Shown here one piece after another: positions 1 to 7,270 of a DNA stretch of 38,449 nucleotides. The stretch lies in assembly GCA_040386535.1 (NCBI GenBank), contig JAZKFH010000028.1, positions 53,868 through 92,316 of the forward strand, read 5' to 3'. Source of the stretch: Myxococcota bacterium (lineage in GTDB: Bacteria > Myxococcota_A > UBA796 > SXON01). The position numbers were made by a program, and so were the translations under genes. Numbering within the stretch: the first letter of the stretch is position 1; each line of letters opens with the position of its first letter. The notes under the pieces are model-generated. The model had not been told where the DNA came from. It worked only from the letters and a program-made list of their open reading frames with translations, and did no database searches.

Positions 1-122
1 CGGACGAAGTCCAGGGACCTGTCGAACAGGTAGGCGGGTTTCGTCCGTGTGGCGGACGAAGTCCAGGGACCTGTCGAACAGGTAGGCGGGTTTCGTCCGT
101 GTGGCGGCCTGGGACCTGTCGA
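1..122. repeat. 52-bp tandem hairpin repeat (2 identical units plus a degenerate partial third); may continue upstream of the window
   Basis: 1-52 and 53-104 are identical (cggacgaagtccagggacctgtcgaacaggtaggcgggtttcgtccgtgtgg). Each unit has CGGACGAA/TTCGTCCG inverted ends and an inner ACCTGT-cga-ACAGGT hairpin. gggacctgtcga recurs at 111-122. Confidence 0.9.
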
Positions 123-231
123 GCCCGCCCCGAGCGCGCGCGCGGCTGCCCTCGCCGGGGGGGCGCCCCACACGCATGCGTGACGATGGGCGCTCGGGTC
201 CGCCCACACCGCCCAGGATACGCCCCCCGCC

Positions 232-864
232 ATGCTCCCCCGATGGCTCCCCCGATGGCTCCGATTTGCGCGGTCCGCCCTGGTCCGGTGCCCCGCCGAC
301 TGTGGCGCGCAGGACCCGTCGCCGACGTTCTCGGACGCCTCGTTCGCGCGCGATCAGGTCAGCCCCGACCAGGCGCGGATCGCCCTCGCGCTCCCCGCCC
401 TGGTGGGGCCAAGCACCCGTCTGCTGCACGTGGGCGTGGGCTGCAGCGACCTCGCGGTCCGGTTCGCGGGCGCGGTCGCTCACATCGACGGCGTCACGGT
501 GATCGCAGAGGAGCAGGCCACCGCCGCGCGCTGCGGCCTGGCGAACTACCACGTGTGGATGCTGAACAAACACGCCCCCGCGTTGGCGGCGCTGCGCGGG
601 CCCTACGATCTGGTGGTGGACAACAACCCGGGCAGCTACGCCTGCTGCCGCCGACACTTCCGCTTCACGATGGAGCGCTACGCCGCGGTGCTCGCCCCCG
701 GCGGGCGGGTCGTCACCGACGCGCGCGGGGCCCGCTGGCGCCAATCCGGAGGGATCTCGCTCGCGTGGACGCATTGGGCGCGGCTCGGAAACCAACTCGG
801 GTTGGAGCCGGAGCGCATCACGGAGACGGTTTGGGCGTTGCGGAAGGCGGGGGCTGCGGGCTGA
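232..864 (+). CDS. Putative class I SAM-dependent methyltransferase-like protein
   Basis: LLHVGVGCSD resembles motif I; PYDLVVDNN and VLAPGGRVV resemble later Rossmann MTase motifs; GC3-rich codons. Start uncertain. Confidence 0.65.
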   Translation: MLPRWLPRWLRFARSALVRCPADCGAQDPSPTFSDASFARDQVSPDQARIALALPALVGPSTRLLHVGVGCSDLAVRFAGAVAHIDGVTVIAEEQATAARCGLANYHVWMLNKHAPALAALRGPYDLVVDNNPGSYACCRRHFRFTMERYAAVLAPGGRVVTDARGARWRQSGGISLAWTHWARLGNQLGLEPERITETVWALRKAGAAG

Positions 865-1318
865 GCGGTGTTTCCGTGCACAGCGCAACGTCGGTCACCG
901 CGATGGTTTGGCAGTCGCGGAAACGCAGGTGTGGGAAGCGGGTCAGCCGAGCCAGGCGCGCCAAGGCGGGCGGGAGGGTATCGAGATGCACGGGCATCGG
1001 CGGCTCGGCCTTCAGCAGGTAGGGCCCCGAGTAGACATCCCAGTCGTACGCGAAGATCCCGCGGCGCGCCACGCCGATCCACTGCTCGTCGGTGCGGGCG
1101 AGGTTCCGCGCGGAGCGGTAGCCTCCCACGATGGGGAGCGCGCGCAGGGCCTCTTCCGGGTCGAAGTCATCCTCGAGCGATGCTATTACCCAGGGAGGGA
1201 GGACCGCCGAGCCGAAGGTCACCAGCCACGCAACGTGCCCTTCCTGGTCGGAAGCCAACCACGAGACGTCGAACCCCGCCAACGGGGAGTCCTCGAAACC
1301 GGGAGGAGCGAAGGACAT
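818..1318 (-). CDS. Hypothetical protein
   Basis: Globular-looking sequence (WLASDQEGHVAWLVTFGS...GIFAYDWD). Start taken at MSFAPP (1318); the ORF is open to 1354. 3' end overlaps the convergent gene by 47 bp. Confidence 0.6.
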   Translation of the reverse strand: MSFAPPGFEDSPLAGFDVSWLASDQEGHVAWLVTFGSAVLPPWVIASLEDDFDPEEALRALPIVGGYRSARNLARTDEQWIGVARRGIFAYDWDVYSGPYLLKAEPPMPVHLDTLPPALARLARLTRFPHLRFRDCQTIAVTDVALCTETPLSPQPPPSATPKPSP

Positions 1319-1372
1319 CTCGGGGGAGTAACCCTCTGGTGCTACCAGGCCCATCCGACGGAGGCGGGCGCG

Positions 1373-1645
1373 CTACCAGGAGCAGAGCGACTGTTTCCCC
1401 ATCCCGTTGACGACGGTGACGAATTGCGTCTTCCCGGCCCCGAGCTGCTCGTTCATCCAGTGCTGAACGCCCAGATTGGCCGTGTCGTCGTCCTTCTTCC
1501 CCTCTGCCCAGGGCATGCGCGCCGTGCACACCGCGGTGCGAGGTGCTTCCGCGTGCGCCGGCGGAGCCAGGGTCACGCTCGCAGCAGCGGCAATGGCCAA
1601 CGAAATAGCCGTCAAGGAGAGAGTGAGCCGTGCGCGTGGGGTCAT
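1373..1645 (-). CDS. Small secreted hypothetical protein (90 aa)
   Basis: Sec signal MTPRARLTLSLTAISLAIAAAASVTLAPPAHA, then a short domain with two Cys ending LCSW. Confidence 0.7.
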   Translation of the reverse strand: MTPRARLTLSLTAISLAIAAAASVTLAPPAHAEAPRTAVCTARMPWAEGKKDDDTANLGVQHWMNEQLGAGKTQFVTVVNGMGKQSLCSW

Positions 1646-1890
1646 GGTACCTTCAGGTTGTTCCAACGTAAGTCGTGCCGCTCGACTCGCAAGAATTCTT
1701 CATTGCATGCCGCCCACGCGCGCTACCAGGACCCCTCCCCCGCGCCAGGCGCCCGGAAGTCGGCCGCCCGCCACGGGCGGACGGTCCCCGCCGCCCCGGC
1801 GGGACCGAGCGGCTTCGCCGCGAGACTGGAGGGGGCCAACGGGGCCGCGTCCGCGCGGGCCCGGGGCGCCCGATGCCCCCTCGAATCCCC

Positions 1891-1930
1891 CTTCGCACTT
1901 CTTCACACCCGCCTCCACGAACCCTTCACG
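1891..1930 (+). promoter_or_regulatory. Candidate OmpR-family regulator binding site (tandem CTTCAC-like boxes)
   Basis: cttcgca (1891), cttcaca (1901), ctccacg (1913) and cttcacg (1924) are spaced 10-12 bp apart, directly upstream of an operon encoding an OmpR-family regulator. Confidence 0.4.
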
Positions 1931-1964
1931 GTCGGGGGCGACGTTGAGGGGGCAAGGAGCACGA

Positions 1965-2495
1965 ATGTTTGGTTTCTTCTTCGGAACGTTGTGTCTGTTG
2001 GGTTTGGTCGGCGTGGCGAAACGTGGCATGTGGCACGGGCACTACGCATACGGTGGCGGCGGCGGCTGTGGCGAAGGACATCACCGCGGTTACGGCGGCG
2101 GCTGGGGCGGCCACCATCGCGGCGGGCGGCACGGGCGCCCGGGGCGCATGGGCGAGGGCTTTGCGCGCGCGGCGGGGGAGGTGTTCAAGCGCCGCCTCCG
2201 CATCGACGAGGAGCAGGAGCCCATCGTCGACCACGCGCTGGTCGACCTGCGCAAGACGCTCAAGGAGCTCACCGACGAGGTGAAGGACAGCCGCGCGGCC
2301 ATCAGCGCCGCGTTCGCCGCGGAGTCGGTCGACGACGCCGCGCTCGCCACCGCGTTCGCCCGCCAGGACGACGCCATCGCCCGCGCCCGCCGCGAGGTGG
2401 TCTCCGCGATGAAGCAGGTGCACGCGGTGCTCGACGCGGACCAACGCAAGGCCGCGGCCGAGTGGCTGGCGTCGAGTGAAGGCGGGTGGCGCTGA
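1965..2495 (+). CDS. Spy/CpxP-like (periplasmic heavy-metal sensor type) helical protein with Gly/His-rich linker
   Basis: AGGAG RBS before ATG 1965; hydrophobic N-terminus MFGFFFGTLCLLGLV; His/Gly-rich segment; helical domain with LTxxQ-like motifs (LRIDEEQ, VLDADQR); first gene of a two-component operon. Confidence 0.75.
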   Translation: MFGFFFGTLCLLGLVGVAKRGMWHGHYAYGGGGGCGEGHHRGYGGGWGGHHRGGRHGRPGRMGEGFARAAGEVFKRRLRIDEEQEPIVDHALVDLRKTLKELTDEVKDSRAAISAAFAAESVDDAALATAFARQDDAIARARREVVSAMKQVHAVLDADQRKAAAEWLASSEGGWR

Positions 2496-2623
2496 TGCGG
2501 CGCGCCCTCTTGGTGGCGTTCCTCTTGAGCGGCGTCGTCGCCGGGTACGGCAGCGCGGTGGCGCGCGCGCTGGGCTACGACGGATTGCACGCGTCGTGTC
2601 CCCACGACGGCGCCAAGCCCTAA
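2495..2623 (+). CDS. Small membrane or secreted peptide (42 aa), absent from the ORF track
   Basis: ATG overlaps the upstream stop (TGATG). Translates to MRRALLVAFLLSGVVAGYGSAVARALGYDGLHASCPHDGAKP, stop TAA 2621-2623, 7 bp before the response regulator ATG. Confidence 0.7.
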   Translation: MRRALLVAFLLSGVVAGYGSAVARALGYDGLHASCPHDGAKP

Positions 2624-2630
2624 GAGCCCG

Positions 2631-3317
2631 ATGCCCGTCCGCGCCCTCCTCATCGACGACGACACCCGCCTCGCGGAGCTGCTCACGGGCTACCTCGCGC
2701 CGCACGATGTCGTCGTCACCCACGCGGCGGACGGGGCGCGGGGCCTGCGGGCCGTGGCGGCGGGCGGCGTGGACATCGTCGTGCTCGACGTGATGATGCC
2801 GGGGATGGACGGGCTCGACGTGCTGCGGCGCCTCCGCCAGCAGAGCGCCGTGCCGGTCGTGATGTTGACCGCGCGGGGCGACGAGACCGACCGCGTGGTG
2901 GGCCTCGAGCTCGGCGCGGACGACTACCTCGCCAAGCCGGTGTACCCGCGCGAGCTGCTCGCCCGCATCCGCGCGGTCCTGCGTCGCGTCGCCCCCCGCG
3001 CGGCCGAGCGGCGGCTGGTCGTGGGCGATCTCGAGATCGACCCCGACGCCCGCACGGCGCGCATCGGCGAGCGGACGTTGGCGCTCACGGCCCTGGAGTT
3101 CGACCTTCTCGTGGCGCTGGCCGACCGGGCCGGCCGCGTCGTGCCCCGCGACGCGTTGTGGCAGGCCGCCGGCCGCGGTGACACGGTCGTGAACGAGCGC
3201 ACGGTAGACGTGCACGTGTCCCACCTCCGCGCCAAGCTCGGCGACGACGCGAAGGACCCGGCGCGCCTCAAGACCATCCGCGGCTCCGGCTACGTGCTCG
3301 TCCGGGACCCCGGGTGA
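2631..3317 (+). CDS. OmpR/CpxR-family response regulator
   Basis: Receiver domain (LIDDD, LDVMMPGMDG, LELGADDYLAKP) plus winged helix (RTVDVHVSHLRAKL, IRGSGY). Confidence 0.95.
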   Translation: MPVRALLIDDDTRLAELLTGYLAPHDVVVTHAADGARGLRAVAAGGVDIVVLDVMMPGMDGLDVLRRLRQQSAVPVVMLTARGDETDRVVGLELGADDYLAKPVYPRELLARIRAVLRRVAPRAAERRLVVGDLEIDPDARTARIGERTLALTALEFDLLVALADRAGRVVPRDALWQAAGRGDTVVNERTVDVHVSHLRAKLGDDAKDPARLKTIRGSGYVLVRDPG

Positions 3318-4417
3318 GGCGCGGGTGGGGGCGCCGCGGCGAGGGCTCGCCGGGGAGCGGAGGAGGCCTGGGACACCGTCACCATCGGCATCACGGGCGC
3401 CCGCCGCTCGGCTGGATGCTCGCGCGGGGCATCCACCGCACCGTGGTGGGCTTTCTGTGCGTGGCGCTCGTGCTCGGCGGCGTGGGCGGCGCCTTCGTGC
3501 ACGCCTCGCTCACGGCGGGCGCGGGCAAGGGCGTGCTCTGCCTCGGGCTCGCGCTCTTCGCCGCGATCTGGCCGCTCGCCTGGATGGCCACCGTCCGCAT
3601 CGCGTGGCCGCTGCGGGAGCTCGCGCACGTCGCCGAGCAGCTGCGGAGCGGGCGCCTCGCGAGCCGTGAGGATCTGCCCGGCGGCACCTCCGAGGTGGGC
3701 CAGGTGTCGCTGGCACTGGGCGGCCTGGCCGACCGTGTCGCCCGCCAGCTCCGCGACCAGCGCTCGTTGATGGCGGCGGTCTCCCATGAGCTCCGCAGCC
3801 CGCTCGGCCGCGCGCGCGTGCTCATCGAGATGGGGCGCGAGGGCTCGGCGCCGCCTACGCTTCACGACGATCTCCAGGCCGAGATCGACGCCATGGACCA
3901 CCTCGTCGGCGACCTCCTCGCCGCCGCGCGCATCGACTTCGAGGCCATCACCCCGCGCGACCTCGACCTCGGCGACCTCGCCCGCCGCGCCCTCGATCTC
4001 GCCGGTCTCCCCGCCGACGCGCTGATCGTGGAGGGCCTCGATCGCGACGGCGCCGCGCGCACCGTCCGCGCCGACCCCACGTTGCTCGCCCGCGCGCTCG
4101 CCGGCCTGCTCGACAACGCGCGCCGCTACGGCGGCCAGACCGTGGTGCTGCGGGTCCGCGGGCGCCTCGCGCGTGTGCGGTTCGAGGTCGAGGACGACGG
4201 CCCCGGGTTTGCCGCCGGCGACGCCGAGCAGGCGTTCCAACCCTTCTGGCGCGGCCCCAGCGTGGACGGCCGCCCCGCCCCCCGCGGCGAAGGCCTCGGC
4301 CTCGCGCTCGTTCGCCAGATCGCCGAGGCGCACCAGGGCGAGGCGGGCGCCGAGAACCGGCGGGAGGGCGGCGCGCGGGTGTGGGTGGAGCTGCCGTGGG
4401 GGGCGGCGGCGGAGTAG
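3314..4417 (+). CDS. HAMP-domain sensor histidine kinase
   Basis: GTGA overlap with the regulator; two TM helices, HAMP, H-box SHELRSPL, N-box LLDNARRY, DDGPG, FQPF, GEGLGL. Confidence 0.95.
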   Translation: MRRGWGRRGEGSPGSGGGLGHRHHRHHGRPPLGWMLARGIHRTVVGFLCVALVLGGVGGAFVHASLTAGAGKGVLCLGLALFAAIWPLAWMATVRIAWPLRELAHVAEQLRSGRLASREDLPGGTSEVGQVSLALGGLADRVARQLRDQRSLMAAVSHELRSPLGRARVLIEMGREGSAPPTLHDDLQAEIDAMDHLVGDLLAAARIDFEAITPRDLDLGDLARRALDLAGLPADALIVEGLDRDGAARTVRADPTLLARALAGLLDNARRYGGQTVVLRVRGRLARVRFEVEDDGPGFAAGDAEQAFQPFWRGPSVDGRPAPRGEGLGLALVRQIAEAHQGEAGAENRREGGARVWVELPWGAAAE

Positions 4418-4481
4418 GCGCGGGTCGTCGGCGGGGAGGCGTTTCGGCGGCACAAGGGCGCGTCCGGCGCGGACGCCGGCC

Positions 4482-4582
4482 GGCCCCTTCCGGGCTCGGG
4501 CCGAAGGCCCTCGGTCGGCGCGCGGACGCGCCGGACCGGCCGCGGGGCGCGGCCGCCCTGCAGGCGCCTCGCGCGGGGAGCG
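4482..4582. repeat. Dispersed ~100-bp GC-rich element family A, copy 1
   Basis: Shares cccttccgggctcgg...cctcggtcg...cggaccggcc...gccgccct.cagg..cctcgcgc with 18231-18343 and 38183-38295. Confidence 0.8.
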
Positions 4583-4709
4583 GCGCGCGTGGGCCCCGGC
4601 GCCGGGGAGGCGGGCCGGCCGCCCTCGCGTTGGCGGGCGCGCGGGAGGCAGGCAGCCCCGGACGCCGGTAGCGGCGGCGCCGCGGGCGGCGGGCCGGCCG
4701 ACAGCCCCA

Positions 4710-4907
4710 GAGTCATGCCCCGATGAACGCCGCTAAATCGGAGTCATGTCCCGATGAACGCCGACTCGAGGGGTGCCGTGAGGGTTACGACGCGCACCCG
4801 GCACGGAGCAAGCGGCATTTTCGTGCTTCGGCGAGCGCTTCCCACCGAAATCTCAGCATTCAACTCGGCATGACTCCGTGCCGCGTGCACTCGCAGGGAC
4901 ATGACCC
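4710..4907. repeat. Dispersed ~198-bp element family B (MITE-like, doubled inverted terminal boxes), copy 1
   Basis: GAGTCATG.CCCGATGAACGC boxes at 4710 and 4741; inverted CATGACTC and CATGACCC at 4869 and 4900; collinear with 16746-16944. Confidence 0.8.
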
Positions 4908-5260
4908 GCAGGTCGGCCGCCCCGGCGGACCGCCGCGGCCTGCGTCGCGGACCTGATCGAGCACCCGATCGAGTGCCACCCCTCGACGCGCGCGGCGAGC
5001 GGCGCCGCAACGAGCGGCCATCACGCGGGGGTACGCGGCGCGACGCCGCGTCGCAGGGCCCCACCCCCACCCCCGCGCAAGGGGGACTGGAGGGAGGCGC
5101 GGGCGGCGCGCGATCCATTGGCCGGAGGCCGCGCGGACGTTGAGGGCCCGCGCCGGTCGGCCGGCGCGCAGCCGGACGACGGAGGGCGCAGCCCGACCCC
5201 GCAAGGCACCCGGCCCGGCGGCCCGCCGGGTGCGCCCAGCATCCGCACGAGCGCCCCCGC

Positions 5261-5290
5261 TTGACACCACCCGCGCCCCGGCTGTATACG
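5261..5290 (+). promoter_or_regulatory. Sigma70-type promoter for the riboswitch leader
   Basis: TTGACA (5261-5266), 18-bp spacer, TATACG (5285-5290), about 25 bp upstream of riboswitch P1. Confidence 0.65.
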
Positions 5291-5313
5291 GCCGCCGTTC
5301 GTCTCGACGAACA

Positions 5314-5449
5314 AACGACGCGTGGGCCTGACTCGTCAGGTCTCGTGGGAAGCCGGTGAAAGTCCGGCATGGTGCCGCCACCGTGATCGGCCCCCTCTCC
5401 ACCTTCGGGCGGAGCGAGAGCCGTAAGTCGGGAGACCCGGCGCGTCGTT
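5314..5449 (+). ncRNA. Cobalamin (B12) riboswitch
   Basis: Conserved core GGGAAgCCGGTGAAAgTCCGGcatggtgCCGCCACcGTGA and 3' B12-box-like AAGTCgGGAGACCcGg. P1 is aacgacgcg (5314-5322) paired with cgcgtcgtt (5441-5449). It lies between a promoter and an RBS. Confidence 0.92.
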
Positions 5450-5527
5450 CTCCTTCTCGTCCCCGGATCAGGGATGGGTGGGCGCTCGGATCGTCCGCGC
5501 TCCTCCCATGCCACCACAGGAGCCCCG

Positions 5528-6040
5528 ATGTCCCGCACCCCTCTGTTGTTCCTCGCCGTCCTTCTCGCCGCGTGCAACCCGCCCATCGACGAGGACACCG
5601 GCAAGAGCGAGACCGATACGGACACCGATACGGACACCGACACCGACACCGATACGGACACCGATACGGACACGGACACCGACACCGACACGGTGACGGG
5701 GCTCGCGATCGTCGGCACCTACACGGACACGTGGGGCGGGTCGCACGACATCTCCGACACCGTCTGGGCGCAGGGCGCGACCTCCAGCTACGAGATCAGC
5801 CAGTACGACAACGCCGCGATGTTCGTGATCGCGCAGAACGCCGCCACGAACAAGTACAGCCCCGGCCTGTGGAGCCGCTTCGACTGGACGGTCGACGCCT
5901 CGACGCAGCTCTGGTACTGCCAGTCCGCTTACGACGCCGCGGACGAGAGCGCCGCGCTCGCCACGCCCGCCCCGGACCCCACGACCCCGGCGACCGGGGG
6001 CTGCTCCACGTTCTCGTGGACCCAGCTCTTCCCGCAGTAG
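5528..6040 (+). CDS. Lipoprotein with (DT)n linker and unknown Trp/Cys-containing domain; first gene under the B12 riboswitch
   Basis: AGGAG RBS; MSRTPLLFLAVLLAAC lipobox; poly-DT; then a ~115-aa domain (WSRFDW, WYCQSAY, GGCSTFSW). Confidence 0.85.
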   Translation: MSRTPLLFLAVLLAACNPPIDEDTGKSETDTDTDTDTDTDTDTDTDTDTDTDTDTVTGLAIVGTYTDTWGGSHDISDTVWAQGATSSYEISQYDNAAMFVIAQNAATNKYSPGLWSRFDWTVDASTQLWYCQSAYDAADESAALATPAPDPTTPATGGCSTFSWTQLFPQ

Positions 6041-6043
6041 CCG

Positions 6044-6766
6044 ATGCTGCTCTCCCTCCTCCTCGCGTGCACCGCCCCCAAGCCGGGCGACGACACCGGC
6101 GCGCCCGCCGACACCGCTCGGGACACCTCGGTCGACACCTCGGTCGACACCGACTCTGGTGACACCGACACCGCGGAGACGGGGGGCCCCGACCTGCCCG
6201 ATCCCTTCATCGATCGCGTCGTGGACTACGCCCCCGGCGCGGCCGCGGGGTTCGGGCAGGATCGCTTCCCCGACATCGTGTACGGCTTCCCGGTCTCGCC
6301 CGGCGGCGGCGGCGCGTCGACCGACGTGCTCACGCTCGGCGAGGCGGGCACGATCGTCGTGGCGTTCGACGACATCGCGCTGAGCGACGGCCCCGGCGCC
6401 GATCTGCTCGTGTTCGAGAACCCCTTCACCGGGTGGTACGAGACCGCGTACGTGGCGGTGAGCGCCGACGGGGAGACCTGGCACGAGTGGCCGTGCGACC
6501 CGACGGACGCCGAGCACCTGTTCCCGGGCTGCGCGGGCGTCGCCGTGGTGTTCGCCAACGAGACCAACGGCGTGGATCCCACCGATCCCGCCACGGCCGG
6601 CGGGGACGCGTTCGATCTGGCGGACCTGGGCCTCACGTCTGCCCGCTACGTGCGCGTCCGCGACAGCGGCGCGAACGAGTACGCCGGCTCCAGCGGCGGC
6701 TTCGATCTCGACGCGATGGCGGTCGTGAACGGCGAGCCGGTGCCCACGGACGGGGACGGCGAGTGA
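6044..6766 (+). CDS. Cell-surface lipoprotein with BtuH-like domain (candidate cobamide-binding protein)
   Basis: MLLSLLLAC lipobox. VVDYAPG...LTLGEAGTIVVAFDD...DGPGADLLVFENPF...E...VAVSADGETW...FDLADLGL..ARYVRVRD resembles, as recalled, the surface proteins of B12-uptake loci. The CDS is firm; the family call is inferred. Confidence 0.75.
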   Translation: MLLSLLLACTAPKPGDDTGAPADTARDTSVDTSVDTDSGDTDTAETGGPDLPDPFIDRVVDYAPGAAAGFGQDRFPDIVYGFPVSPGGGGASTDVLTLGEAGTIVVAFDDIALSDGPGADLLVFENPFTGWYETAYVAVSADGETWHEWPCDPTDAEHLFPGCAGVAVVFANETNGVDPTDPATAGGDAFDLADLGLTSARYVRVRDSGANEYAGSSGGFDLDAMAVVNGEPVPTDGDGE

Positions 6767-7257
6767 TCGGGCGTCGCGCCGCCCTCACCGGCGGCGGGGC
6801 CTGCGCGCTCGCGGCGTTGCTCGGGTGCGGGCGGCGGCGCGAGGACACGGGCGGCGAGACGTCCGACACCTCGCTCCCCGACACCACGCTCCCCGACACC
6901 AGCACCTGCGGCGACGACGTCGAGCCCGGCGGCGAGGGCTGGGTGTCCGTCGCGATGAGCGACCATCCCGCGCTCTACACGGCGGGCGGCTCCGCCGCCG
7001 TCGACATCCCGGCGGCGCTCCTGCAGGTGACGATCATCCACCTCGACGACGGCTGCTTCGCGACGGTCTGGCGCATCTGCACCCACGGCGCGTGCGAGAC
7101 CGAGTGGACGCCCGACGAGGACGCGCTCGTGTGCCCCTGCCACGACTCCCACTTCGCGACGGACGGCGCGGTGCTCCAGGGCCCCGCGACGATCCCGCTG
7201 CGCGCCTTCCAGACCGTCCGGCGCGACGACACGTTGTGGATCTGGCGCCCGCTCTAA
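6763..7257 (+). CDS. Rieske [2Fe-2S] protein with twin-arginine signal and lipobox
   Basis: GTG overlaps the upstream TGA; GRRAAL twin-Arg motif and LLGC lipobox; Rieske boxes CTHGAC and CPCHDSHF, then DGAVLQGPA..PL. Confidence 0.9.
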   Translation: MIGRRAALTGGGACALAALLGCGRRREDTGGETSDTSLPDTTLPDTSTCGDDVEPGGEGWVSVAMSDHPALYTAGGSAAVDIPAALLQVTIIHLDDGCFATVWRICTHGACETEWTPDEDALVCPCHDSHFATDGAVLQGPATIPLRAFQTVRRDDTLWIWRPL

Positions 7258-7270
7258 GGCGCTCAGAACA

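Noticed and set aside
1..122. CRISPR array
   Set aside because: Units are identical end to end with no unique spacers, and there are no cas genes in the window.
232..262. Short repeat atgctcccccgatggctcccccgatggctccg
   Set aside because: A 12-bp microduplication at an uncertain gene start with no evidence of function.
4723..4956. Small ORF MNAAKSESCP..., with a similar stretch in ORF 16720..18174
   Set aside because: The similarity comes from non-coding element B, whose conservation follows inverted DNA boxes rather than codons.
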